From positions 219,294,001-219,358,000 of the forward strand of contig OZ024742.1 in the NCBI GenBank assembly GCA_964016885.1: a stretch of 64,000 bases of DNA, read 5' to 3'. A program made the position numbers and the translations under genes. This document shows, one piece after another, positions 54,185 through 63,761 of this stretch. The first letter of the stretch is position 1; every line of letters begins with the position of its first letter. Origin of the DNA: Eledone cirrhosa. Lineage: Eukaryota. The notes below the pieces were generated by a model. It made no database searches, was not told the origin of the DNA, and saw only the letters and a list, made by a program, of their open reading frames with translations.

Positions 54185-57100
54185 CAAATAGTCTTGTAAA
54201 CCTATGGCCACCTTCCTACTCAAAACCCTACAATTTCTGATCTCAAAACTATATCCTAAAAAGTGCCAAGAAATAGTTTTGCAGTGCCAAGAAACAGTTA
54301 ACAGTTACTGATCTACCTCTATAGTCTAAAAATATGCTTGATTGAAAGACAAACTGAAGCTGTACTAAAATCACAATTGATTTCACAAGTTTCTACTCCA
54401 CCCCAACCCCACAATAAATAACTAGTTAAAACTGAAATGAAAAGAATATCACTTATGATACACAGAATTCTTTCTGAGTTACTTAGAGACTAAGTAAGTA
54501 AATAGATAAATAAATAAAAACTTGATAGCATATTTTAGTTTTAATAAGATATCAATATTTCTAAATATAATTTAATAAATTTAGTACAGTATATGGTTAT
54601 TGAATAGCTTATCTGTATGGCTGTTCTATTTTTGAGATGTTTTAATTTCAAAATCTATTTCCTTTTAGTTATAACAACTGATCATTTCTCTAAATCTCTA
54701 TATTTAAAAAAAACCAAAGTCAGTAATACTTTGCTGTATGCTATGATATGAAGCCACCATTCCTGATTGAGTTGTAGGGGTGCCATGTTGACAGAGCCTT
54801 TCTTAGGGTATTTTTTTAAAATTTGGCAGAGCCCATCTCCTCTCCAGTTGACTAATGGTGCACTCTATGTCTACTTGTATTTATACCTAATTTCCTCCCC
54901 ATATCTAAAGACGGCCCCCTACAATCACCTTGTAACACTTTTTCACAATCAATTAATATAAAAAAAGATTCATATTAATCCAGATATTTATTTTGCAGGC
55001 CTAGTTTCTGATTTAGGCACAAAGCCAACAATTTTGGGGGAGTGGAAAGTCAACTAAATGAACCCCAGAGCATTACTGGTACTTTATTTTATTGACCCTG
55101 TAAGGGTGAAAGGCAAAGTTAACCTCAGTGGGATTTGAAATCTGAATGTAAATGGCTGCAACTATATGCCACAAAGCATGTCCAACACTACCAATACTGC
55201 CAATCCACCACCCTCAGGCCTCAACTAATAATATTTGGTTATTTCCTTACAAATTAATTTACATTAAGCCAAATCAGTTTTAGCTCATTTTTTTTTCCAC
55301 ATTGGATAATTTACTGAAAAATATATTTTCTCTAAATACCTAAAAATAAACTAAGTTTAAAAAGAAAAAAAGAACTAAAAAAAGAAAAAAAAAGAACTAA
55401 ATATATTTACAGAGAGTTAGTAATTAAAGAGGAAAAATAAAAATTAGTAGAATATAAAAAAAAATCAGACAAAATCTCAACTGGCACCATAAAATTGTAT
55501 AAAACTGCAAAGAAAAATAGCTGAGTTAAGTTTCTACTACTTGAAAGATTAAAAGAAAGAAGTAAAATAGGCATGGTTGTATAATCCAATGAAACCCATA
55601 TGTAACTATAAACAGTTATTTCAAATCTATCCAACTAACCTTTAAAAACAAAATGAAATGAAAAACAGCAAGATTCTTTTAAAAAAACTACTTCATTATG
55701 ATTTATTGGCCATCATGCTTGATTACTATTATTTGTGTAGTTGGTGGAGTTGTAGGCATATAAAAGAAGAAATGAAATAAGTTTCTTGCAAACATGGGTT
55801 ATTTAGATATATATATAGATATATATAGATGTGTTCAGTTAATGCCGAGAGTTGACTAATGATAAAAATGATTTTTTCAAAGCAACATTTAGTATCTTGA
55901 GTTGTCTGTCTCCTTCCGATATATACCAAGCTGAGAATATTCATGACCAAAAGGCAATGCAACAATGTGTGTGTGTGTGTGTATATACATGGAGAGAAAG
56001 AGAATAAGAGAGAGAGAATGTTGTAGAAATTAAAAGAGAAGCTAGGTGTAAAAACACCAAATAACCCAAAACAATTAAATAGATAAGACATCCAACTGTG
56101 TAAAATATCACACACGCACACAAAACACACTTGCATGATGGCCAAACTAAAACAAGAAAAGACTATCTACATGCAGAATTAGTAAAGATTTGAATGAGAC
56201 AAAATAAAAATAAAATAAAAATTTGAAGGAAAAAAAATTGAAATAATACCCCAAAATGAGCAAGACCGGACCAATACTGACCTTTGTTTTCTTTAAAGAA
56301 TCTCCAGTGGCCATATTGGGAATGAGTTGTTGGTTTGTTCTCTGTCTGTCGAACATGCTGGTTAGTCCATGTGGATATACAGGGCAGGCAACAGAGGAGC
56401 GGAGAAGTAACAGCGAGGAGTAGTAGTAGGAGGAGGAGCAACAACAAAAATATGAAAAAAATACACATGCAGTGATTTTGATTATTATTTTTTTTCTTCT
56501 TAATGTATGTGTATCTTTTCTAAAAAGTCCACAACATCATTGAGAGTTCTATGTGATTACAATACATTAATGCCACAAACTAAATAAATGAAACTAAAAA
56601 AAAGCATGCAGTTTGGAATCCTTATACAGTCCAAAACATTGGGAGTCATCATAGGTTTTCAAGATGAAGGTGAAAGAACTACAGGCGAGGATCAGCAGAG
56701 ACACATGGGTAAGGGATGGGGAAGGGGCTTCAAGAGCTTCTGAAATAATGCAGCAGTAGAGTAACTGTATTAAGCTTATATGTAATCTTTGTAAAATATG
56801 TAACTCTTGTAGTGTATATAAGTATGGTGCACATCTGTATGTGTGCATGTGAATGGTGCACTTCTCACAAGAAGTGTGCATGTCTCCCCATATGCATATT
56901 CAATTTTCACCATATGTGTGAACATATTTATGTACATTATTATATATGAGGGCTGGGCTGAGTGAGTGAAAGAAATGTGCTGCATGTCGGGGATATGTCT
57001 TGCGAGAATGTATGTGTCTTTAAATATGTTGGAAAGAGATGTGCATAGACAGTGAAAAAGTTATTTAAACAAGTCAGCTCTGATTGAGCAGATATATGAA

Positions 57101-57300
57101 CAAAGATATTCCAGCAGTGACCAAACCATCTCATTTTTTCCAGACATATCTAGCTAGGTCTACACTATCTGATATTACCTTTTCTCCCAAAGATGGTAAA
57201 TTGTGATGTGAGGGAAATTTGACAACTATGACTAGCAGATTGAGCAACCACAAACTGGCTCCTTCAAAGCTGTGTGCAGTTATGTACATCTGTATTTCAG

Positions 57301-57382
<82 letters not shown>

Positions 57383-60300
57383 TACATACAAGCTTTAAAA
57401 TACAATATTTTTCACCAATCTCATGAAATTCAAAGACTTCCCTAACATGTGTAGTATTGGGAACATTTTAGGTAAAAATAACTGGAAACCTTATCAGATG
57501 TAATCCAAGACAAAATGTCTACGTAAATAAGTTGCAGATAAGCAGAAATGATAAGCAACACCAACATTCCAGGAACTCTTGGAGTCATTTTCCTTTAAGA
57601 ATGTCAATGAAGAAAAGAAGTAATCACCACTATAATTCCATCTTATATCACAGAAATGGTACAGGAACCTTAATATTTCATAACTATTCAAAGATTCCAT
57701 TTATGTATTAATTTATATGTGTGTGTGTGTGTATGCACACACACACACTAAAAAAGAAAAAAAATACAGCCATCACTTGCAATTGAGGATGACATAGTAT
57801 CAGCATGTACCATGCTTTTGCTAATGGTTTTAGGTGATCATGTAGTTAAGAGCATGCATAAAACCCTTATAACCTCCTCACTATTGAAGTGGAACATGCA
57901 GGATGTGTCAGAGTAAGTGAGAGGTGCACCAGCATTACAGGGTACTTTCTTTATTGACCCCAAAAGGATGAAAGAGTAGACCTTGATGGAATTTGAATGC
58001 AGAGCACAGAGAACAAAATATAGTAATTATGTTCTAACAACTCTACCTAGTCAATCACCTTATACATGCAAAATGATATACTACAAAAAGAGGCTATCAA
58101 GCCGGCACTTATCCCAGTTTCCGTGGCATGAAGCAACTGTGTACAAGATTCCCCCCTGAACAGGATGCCAGTCAATCGCAGGGTTAGACCCACAGCTACT
58201 GTTGCTGGTACTCATTTTCAGTTGAGTACACTGGAGCAAAGTGAAATGAAGTGTTTTGCTCAAGAACACAACACACAAGCCAGTCTGGGAATTGAACCCA
58301 TGACATTATGATCGTAAGTCCAACACCCTTACCACTAAGCTATGTGCCTCCATAAAATGATATACGCACATTCACAAATACATATATAATATTCTATGTT
58401 CAGCAGTTTAGTTGCCTTTAGTTTTTATTCTCTCCCCACACAATTTGGTGGTAGATTCTTATGAAACCAAAATGTGCCCAAATATTAATGATATACAATG
58501 TGGTTAATACGTTAACAAAATACATTTTTCAGATAAAAAAATAAAGATTGGAGAATGAAATAGTGTGGTAATATATGAAAATATGGCAATATTTGGGAGG
58601 TAGGCCTCAAATAATAATAATGATAATAATGGGCACTGGGTGTGTGTGTATGTATATATAAATATATATACACATATATATAGTTATTAGAGAGCCTGTG
58701 ACAACACACAATATTTGAACTGCAGAGGAACCCATACTTACACGTACAGGGGAGATACATTTTTTGACAGTCATGCTAGAATGTTTAGAAAAATAATCAA
58801 AGGCAACAATGATAATATAACAACAAAAACTTTTTTTTTTTAAATTGTCAAATTATGATTATTGTGGTGGGAATGATAACAACAACAACAGTTTATGTAG
58901 AAAAATAATAAAAAATTATATATAAAACTAGAAAAAAAGGCAGCATTCAGTTGACAGGCACAGGAAGGTGATGTGAGAATTCCATTAATGTCACAAGAGT
59001 GGTAGCAGCAGTAGAGACTAAAAAAAACATGGAGTGGTTTTTCAAGACCATAACAATTCTAATGCAATGAAGCACACTAAGACAACAGCAGCAAAGCAAC
59101 AAAAGTCACTGGAAGTCAAACCAATATCACAACAAAAGGGGCAGGGTGGATATGGGACAGGCCACCGCAATGAAGAATAAAAGAGAAAAAAGTAATTTGT
59201 TAATAACATAGCTTTAATAAAAACACTTATTTAATAATAGTAAAATATTAAACAGGAATAATAGACAAGGTTCTATACAAAATTAATCTGAGATCAACTA
59301 TACAATTAACAGGATTAACAGCTAACTAGTCTAATTATGAAATTACATGAAGGATTAGAAAAACAAATATTTTTAAGGCTAATACAAAATTTTGGAAAGA
59401 TTTACAGTATACTACCTTTTTTGTATTTTTTTTTTCAAGATATTTTATGTGAACACGCGTGTTGAAACATTTTATACTTTGGGAGGACCATGCTGCCAAT
59501 ATAATCACATGCACCAGTTGAATTTCACTTCAATTTATTATTATAATTTTCCATTGGTTAGTTTAACCCTTTAGCATTCACATTACTCTCTATATACTAT
59601 TATATTTTCATGGTAAAGGCTTTACCTCACATAAATACTTTCAAAATCCCATAGATTCAATATTATTTTGAGAACAATACCTTAACATCAGTTTGAGCGA
59701 CCAGTTACAGCCAGTTTCAAGAGAAAGCGGTAGAGAATTCTGACCGGTTTTGGCCGGTTTGTACATTAAAGGGTTAATAACCAGATGGTTGTTTAGGTGT
59801 CAATTGTCAAAGTTCTTTCGTCACATTCTGTGAACTCTTCAGTGACCACTTTTGTTACTTAGTGTCTCTTTATTTGTTTTACACCATCTTGTCACATTGA
59901 AAGGAAACCAAACTCAACTACAACTACGTGTGTTTTTATTGGCAGTATGACCCTTCCAAAGTATAACAATATATATATATATAAATTAATAAGTATAACA
60001 AAATGATTTCAGACAATTTACTTTAGAAATTTAGAGCCTTTTTGAATAAAAGAAAAAATAATCCACGGACATGATTTACTATTGTGACTTTTGTCAACCC
60101 GCTTTGAAACTACATTTGACTATATAAAAAAACAAACCACAAAGGAGTTATCTCTTACACAAAACAATAACATTTGGTTCTATTAGATTATAATAAAGGC
60201 AATCATTGTTGAAATCGATTTTATATTGAAGGTATCATTAATTAAAGATGTACAATTTGTTTGATCAAGACTAAAGTTCTGGCTAATCAAATGTGAATAT

Positions 60301-62639
60301 CATTTTATTAGTTGACAATGTTAACATTTTTGGAAGAAAGAATACTTGACAGATCAAAGTCATTTTCTATCACGTCATTAATGCCTTTGTAAAAGTCATG
60401 AAACTGCATGGCTTAATGGTTAGGATGCTTAATGTAGAATTGTAATATTGTTGGTTTGATTCCTGGACAGGCTGCTGCATTGTGTTCATGAGCAAAACAA
60501 TTTATTTCACATTGCTCCAGTGCACCCAGCTGAGAGTGAGTACCAGCAATAGTTAAACCTGCGATAGACCGACTTCCTGTCAAGGAAGAGTCTTGTAGTC
60601 TCAGTTGCTTAACGCCAAGGAAACCAGAGATAAGCACCAGCCTGATGACCTTCAGCTTAAAACAGACTTTAACTTAAAAAGTCATGATCATAACATTCCC
60701 ATTTTTACCCTCCTTTCTAAAACATTTCAACTTATTTTTTAAACTGGATACATTGTAATTTCAGTTTGCTTCCATATCTTAAACTGTTTAAGCAATTAAC
60801 TAGACATTGTTAGCATGGAATTATGAAGAGTCTAAATACAGCATTCCTTATTTTAACCATTTCATTATCACATTTCTAATAAAATACACTCTTTTTGAAT
60901 TATTGAAGAATTTGGACGGAGGGGATTTACTAAAATTATTTCAGTTATTAAGATGTTATTTCTAACATAACAGAAGGTTCATGTATAAAATTATGCTGGA
61001 AGAACTTAATTTAAATCAGAAGCATTTTAATAGATGACTTCGTTCCATAGAAGTAGCAGCCGTTTTGGGCGGAATGGTATTAAAAGGGTTAATGATTTCC
61101 AGTTAGATTGCATTACTATACTAGTTGTTGGTCTGTTTTATTTTAAATGTAGAGATAGCACCAGTATGGTTGTTCAACTATGAACTCGAGTTCTAAAACT
61201 ATGAACTCAAGTTCTAAAACTATGAACTCGAGTTCTAAAACTATGGAGAGTCAGGAGAAAGTTTATGTTTTGGAGTGTGATACTAAAATGATTCTAAATG
61301 GACAAATGATAAACTAAAAGCAAGAAAAAAATGAGGACTTGAATAATTAAATAACTTTACATGTATTCAATAATTAACATTTCACAATGAAAACATCCTA
61401 AAATACTATAATTTGAATGATCATTTAATAAAACAATTTTGAAACTAATAAAATGTGGAATCATCATCATCATCGTCGTTTAACATCCAGCTTCCATGCT
61501 AGCATGGGTTGGACAGGTTTGTCCCACTTTAGGCAAGATTGGTCGGGTGACCGTGTCTCACTCATACAGAATATAGTTGAAATTGCAGGTTAGGTCATGT
61601 GTCAGGGCACATGTCAAAATAACTTTAAAAAATACACTACACTGATTAAATACTTGAATGAATCCAGCAGAAGAGTGCCAACATGAAATAGAATTTAATC
61701 TCTTACACTGGGAGTACTGTGCCAAAGAAGGTACAAATTTATTTAAGATATTAAATTCCATTCATAAGCCATAGCTTCAAATACACTAAAGGATTTTCAA
61801 TGTGTTTCTGATCAGGACAGTTAATTCTGCACCATCTCAGTTTACTTAGCTGCCAAGAATCAGTAGAAGAACTTTAAGGCAAATTATCTGTGATAAATTA
61901 GCATCCTGTTCAAAGGGGATGTGTATCTCAGATGCTTAAATCAATAAAGTACCCAGTTATGGAAACTCAATTTTTAACAAAAAATAATTTTCCTGGTTAA
62001 TATATTTCCTAAGCTTTTTTTTTTCTTTAAAATGATTGACAAAATCCCAGACCTTATTCGCTTACCGAGTGGGGTAGAACTAGTCAAATCAAATCAAGGA
62101 AACAATGTTTCCCTTGATGATACTATCTACTGGTTGCAATTCCTGGCAAAATGAGCTACGTGAAATATCTTATTCAAAGACACAATGCATCACCTGGTCT
62201 GGGAATCAAATTCACAACCTCACAATTGCAAATCCAATTCTCTAACTACTAAGCCACGCACCTTCACATTTAGCTTACGCATTAGCTAACGGAGAGAAAT
62301 ATACATTAAAATAGGTTTGTCACCCAATTTTCATCAAATATCATTTTCATAAAATTAACATACCAAAATGTTTCCTAAATGATCTGAGAACAATTTTACC
62401 AATTTGATAATATAATTGTTTCTACTTTAGGCACAAGGCCAGCAATTACCCAGTATATTACTGGTACTTTATTTTATTGACCCCGTAAGGATGAAAGGCA
62501 AAGTTAACCTTGGCAGGATTTGAACTCAGACCGTAAAGGGACGTAACTATGCTAGAAAGCATGGCGATATTATATTACTGAAATAGTTCACACATCATAA
62601 TTTGTTTTAATAGTTTCCAGAAGTTTCATGTTAATAATA

Positions 62640-62670
<31 letters not shown>

Positions 62671-63162
62671 TTAGTAGAGCACAAAGCAACAATTTTTACA
62701 GAGGAAAGGTTTTGATTGGTAAATTATTAAGGTTTTGATTGGTAAATTATTATTGAATTTCAATATACTAACCCCCAGGAGTTAACTTTAAGTATGTAAA
62801 AGGACAAAACTAAACTGCCAAGAGTAAGTAGTAGAACTTTAGTAGAATATAGTTCTAATACTGTAGTAGCCAATGAATGCACTTGGAGTTTATAACTTGA
62901 TTGCTCATACATAATTAAATTTTAAAATCAACATGAACTTGCAAATTATACTACATACATTTTCTCCAAGGAATAAGGCTCATATTAGAAATATCATACA
63001 CTAAATAATACAACCAAGACAAATTACATTATAAATGGTAAATTATATGCTAATATGATATAACTATGAGAGAGTAAAAAGAAAAAAAAAAAATGAAATA
63101 TTGTGGTAGTCTTACTCACTTGTCAACAGGTGAGGTGGAACCTGAACTGACACTTTCAGTCT
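16085..63162 (-). CDS. KIF21: KIF21A/B-like kinesin-4, 3' part of a spliced gene (linker + WD40 tail); 5' part lies beyond the window
   Basis: Exons with canonical ag/gt ends join in frame. Peptides ARRRTATPKELLY, NDVFKRLT, EGHAKPVLSV..EDLLFTSSKDRTAKVWDL, SGSKDHYIKIFEV, NLEPPHFDGV..LFSGSRDRCIKKWDL and AHRDWINGL resemble the KIF21 tail as I recall it. Confidence 0.93.
16790..17740 (-). mobile_element. Degenerate LINE AP-endonuclease fragment (RTE-like)
   Basis: NVGTMRG, VQETRW, ISVYAP and SQIDFIL motifs on the minus strand. Confidence 0.8.
18845..19595 (-). mobile_element. RTE LINE 3' fragment ending in C2H2 zinc-finger-like motifs
   Basis: MRWTGHVIRMEDGRLPKHLF.GEL followed by FKCHICECTYKTKAGLKSHLLAH; (TACA)n tract at about 18775-18830. 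Confidence 0.8.
19980..21040 (-). mobile_element. Penelope-like retroelement RT fragment (degenerate)
   Basis: LINSTQSDIG..ILD, LDIQDYYVSI, NFLDVTLDL, YHKPNESLKYINLNSNHP and WYSSPFN motifs; catalytic DD is decayed. Confidence 0.85.
21207..21253 (+). ncRNA. Hammerhead-ribozyme-like motif beside the Penelope-like element
   Basis: gcattc-CTGATGA-t-ttcatatgaa-t-GAAAcag(ttgtc)ctgTA-gaagc; intact core, short stem I. Confidence 0.6.
22727..22869. repeat. 22-bp minisatellite (taataaagtgtggtgctgtatg), about 6.5 copies
   Basis: Perfect head-to-tail units. Confidence 0.95.
23501..23552 (-). CDS. KIF21: Alternative terminal exon A, coding part (N-DPESNKCYIWKLRDVA*)
   Basis: Acceptor ttattttgattccag in phase 2; D…IWK completes the last WD repeat; TAA at 23501-23503. 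Confidence 0.7.
24951..25210 (+). mobile_element. tRNA-derived SINE, family B
   Basis: A-box tggcctaatgg, B-box gttcaattcc, CORE-like ttcttgagcaaaacacttt; similar to 60405-60655. Confidence 0.85.
27819..28021 (-). CDS. KIF21: KIF21-like WD40 exon, 203 nt (SLYCAHRDWINGL…SGCRSGYLKLW…AHNFAITALATNKSAIFTAS)
   Basis: Acceptor tcctttcag, donor AA|gtaagt; phase 0->2. Confidence 0.95.
28823..28993 (-). CDS. KIF21: KIF21-like WD40 exon, 171 nt (IFEVNS…NLEPPHFDGVQSL…SGSRDRCIKKWDLKDKKIIQ)
   Basis: Acceptor taattag, donor CAG|gttatt; phase 0->0. Confidence 0.95.
29803..30586. mobile_element. Non-autonomous foldback mariner derivative with TA target duplication
   Basis: TA|caagggcaatcccaaaa … ttttgggattgccctcg|TA; long inverted arms; N-terminal HTH transposase relic (AVIRFLNAKG..EVYG..VRKWCRE..DEQRSGR), no catalytic domain. 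Confidence 0.92.
32674..32788 (-). CDS. KIF21: KIF21-like WD40 exon, 115 nt (FGCINKLTGHQAQVMVLAL…SGSKDHYIK)
   Basis: Acceptor attttatag, donor AAG|gtaatt; phase 2->0. Confidence 0.95.
33000..33400 (-). mobile_element. Degenerate RTE LINE 3' fragment
   Basis: RSGWEEFRELFLL and LSVKDKVYDAYL-like segments on the minus strand. Confidence 0.55.
33437..33675 (-). mobile_element. tRNA-derived SINE, family B
   Basis: Reverse complement starts ggtgcatggcctagtggttaggg…ggttcgattcc. Confidence 0.85.
35230..35385 (-). CDS. KIF21: KIF21-like WD40 exon, 156 nt (SSGPSSLP…INAIALSDDGQTLFAAVGNLVRMWDLR)
   Basis: Acceptor cgttttcag, donor AA|gtaagt; phase 2->2. Confidence 0.95.
36255..36441 (-). CDS. KIF21: KIF21-like WD40 exon, 187 nt (DRTAKVWDLNTG…VKVWDIRDIKTPTCVITL)
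   Basis: Lies within ORF 36251..36484; acceptor catttag, donor AA|gtaagt. Confidence 0.95.
37323..37462 (-). CDS. KIF21: KIF21-like exon, 140 nt, start of the WD40 domain (…CSHVVEGHAKPVLSVCATEDLLFTSSK), phase 2->1
   Basis: Acceptor aaactcag, donor AAG|gtagaa; WD40 GH motif. Confidence 0.92.
37828..37935 (-). CDS. KIF21: KIF21-like exon, 108 nt (EPVSPLRSPQTPRKRCNDVFKRLTLKADISSSESN), phase 2->2
   Basis: Acceptor ctttatag, donor AG|gtaagt; SP-rich segment plus VF.RLT motif. Confidence 0.9.
38622..38711 (-). CDS. KIF21: KIF21-like exon, 90 nt (LSNEVDPQLSPIPLRRVNSASEASRPTKY), phase 2->2
   Basis: Acceptor atttctag after a poly-T tract, donor AG|gttagt; open frame. Confidence 0.85.
39070..39280. 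repeat. Compound CA-rich repeat (GU-rich on the gene's sense strand)
   Basis: acacacaac/cacac units. Confidence 0.95.
40022..40200 (-). CDS. KIF21: KIF21-like exon, 179 nt (ARRRTATPKELLYSVES...TLEKIG), phase 0->2
   Basis: Acceptor atcaacag, donor GG|gtgaga; carries the ARRRT..ELLY motif. Confidence 0.9.
40611..41935. repeat. 1.3-kb GA-rich compound minisatellite (CU-rich on the sense strand)
   Basis: Units drift from gaggagac variants to a 17-mer and then to the 21-mer gagagagagaggagcggaggt. Confidence 0.95.
42310..42493 (-). mobile_element. tRNA-derived SINE, family A
   Basis: Reverse complement ggcggtggattggcagtatcggtag…gagttcaaatcccgcc (A and B boxes); many copies in the window. Confidence 0.9.
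42994..43583 (-). mobile_element. Non-autonomous Helitron, 590 bp
   Basis: Minus strand reads A|TCTATAATATAATAAAAG … aaccaccc-gaa-gggtggtt hairpin … CTAG|T; A/T target and no TSD. Confidence 0.8.
44584..46030 (-). mobile_element. Degenerate RTE LINE ending in two C2H2 finger-like motifs
   Basis: DLTKSFDTVN-like, LSEPFPVENGIKQ, LLYTDD and FEYLG motifs, then FQCHVC…KSHGGLKQHL and CSICSQVFKCISRLKRHL. Confidence 0.75.
46268..46456 (-). mobile_element. tRNA-derived SINE, family A, with TSD-like tatatagtaat flanks
   Basis: Near-identical to 42310-42493; tatatagtaat on both sides. Confidence 0.9.
46468..46815 (+). mobile_element. tRNA-derived SINE, family B (long variant)
   Basis: Inverted relative of 5341-5673. 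Confidence 0.8.
48187..49605 (+). mobile_element. 5'-truncated CR1/L2-group LINE, RT and C-terminal region with frameshifts
   Basis: SQFGFIP, VYLDFAIAFNSVPH, SGVPQGSVLGPLLF..YINDI, KYADDIKL, VRPHIEFASPAWNP and FFTLRVAEAWNKLP. Confidence 0.95.
52591..52768 (+). mobile_element. tRNA-derived SINE, family A (preceded by a partial copy at about 52500-52575)
   Basis: Forward-orientation copy of family A. Confidence 0.85.
53200..53227 (-). CDS. KIF21: Candidate microexon, 28 nt (FHLPTLSQP), phase 2->0
   Basis: Acceptor tttaactttatag, donor CCG|gtaaac; phase-compatible alone or after the 39-nt exon. Confidence 0.45.
53456..53494 (-). CDS. KIF21: Candidate symmetric microexon, 39 nt (K-CDAVARGLRSLY in phase 2, or VRCCCPGLEKPIP in phase 0)
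   Basis: Acceptor cattccatttag, donor CCA|gtgagt; GC-rich island in an AT-rich intron; open in both usable frames. Confidence 0.55.
55004..55212 (-). mobile_element. tRNA-derived SINE, family A
   Basis: Shares cattactggtactttattt…gaaaggcaaagttaacctc…actgccaatccacc with the other copies. Confidence 0.85.
56282..56357 (-). CDS. KIF21: KIF21-like linker exon, 76 nt (N-MFDRQRTNQQLIPNMATGDSLKKTK), phase 2->0
   Basis: Acceptor ctaaccag, donor AAG|gtcagt; splicing to 40200 gives K-ARRRT, as in the KARRRT motif of KIF21. Confidence 0.7.
57179..57269 (-). CDS. Weak candidate alternative exon, 91 nt (N-FEGASLWLLNLLVIVVKFPSHHNLPSLGEK), phase 2->0
   Basis: Donor AAG|gtaata is good; acceptor actgcacacag has a poor pyrimidine tract; frame is open and phase-compatible. 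Confidence 0.25.
57302..57379. repeat. (TG)n microsatellite
   Basis: Uninterrupted TG run. Confidence 0.95.
58091..58351 (-). mobile_element. tRNA-derived SINE, family B
   Basis: Reverse complement of the 24951 and 60405 copies. Confidence 0.85.
58742..58775 (-). CDS. KIF21: Candidate alternative microexon, 34 nt (N-MTVKKCISPVR), phase 2->0
   Basis: Acceptor atttttctaaacattctag, donor CGT|gtaagt; bridges exon 63120 to exon 40200 in frame. Confidence 0.55.
59567..59773. mobile_element. TTAA-flanked piggyBac-like MITE
   Basis: TTAA|cccttta … taaaggg|TTAA. Confidence 0.8.
60405..60655 (+). mobile_element. tRNA-derived SINE, family B
   Basis: catggcttaatggttagg…ggtttgattcc…gagcaaaacaattt. Confidence 0.85.
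62415..62565 (-). mobile_element. tRNA-derived SINE, family A (5'-truncated)
   Basis: Matches family A but lacks the head. Confidence 0.85.
63120..63162 (-). CDS. KIF21: KIF21-like exon, 43 nt (TESVSSGSTSPVD), phase 1->2
   Basis: Acceptor ttgttttcag, donor AA|gtgagt; open Ser-rich frame. Confidence 0.8.
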
Positions 63163-63761
63163 CTGAAAACAAAGGTAAATTTGTTTTTAAAAGAAATGAA
63201 ATAAAACAGTAATGCTTTTTTTTCTTGATTGATATGTAACATTAACTTATATGAAAAAGTGGATCAGATGAGTGGAGAAATTGAATGGGTATTAAAAAGA
63301 TCACACCGTGTGAGTAGATGAGCTTACTGAGATAGTAAGGACATGTGAATAAATGAGGAGTACTCATTTAAATGTGCCATGTATTATCAATGTAAGAAAG
63401 GGCACCCCACTTTAGAAACTATGCCAAAAAGAGTTGAGATGACTTTAGTTAAGCCAAGGGCACAACACCCCCCCTGGTGTTGGTGATCTGCATGATAAAT
63501 ACACCTAGTACATTCTAAAGTGGTTGGTGATAGGAAGGACCTCCAGCCATAAAAAACTTACCAAACAAAGGGGTTGAGAAAGCTTTTCAACTTTGACAAG
63601 GACATTACAATTTCCTTAGTGTTAGTTCTATAAAATACACATGGTATAGTACAGAATCATATGTCAGGCCCCTGGCCCACTTGGTGTCAGAGGTTCTGCT
63701 TGAATACTGGCCATTCTGTAGCAACATGTCCATCCCTTGCTAGCAGAAAACATTTTAAATA

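Noticed and set aside
56628-56678. 51-nt phase 2->2 exon candidate (SFTFILKTYDDSQCFG)
   Set aside because: Donor CT|gtataa is too weak to support without reads.
62066-62079. 14-nt segment with ag/gtaagc ends
   Set aside because: Phase 2->1 is incompatible with the downstream exons, and it lies in a SINE relic.
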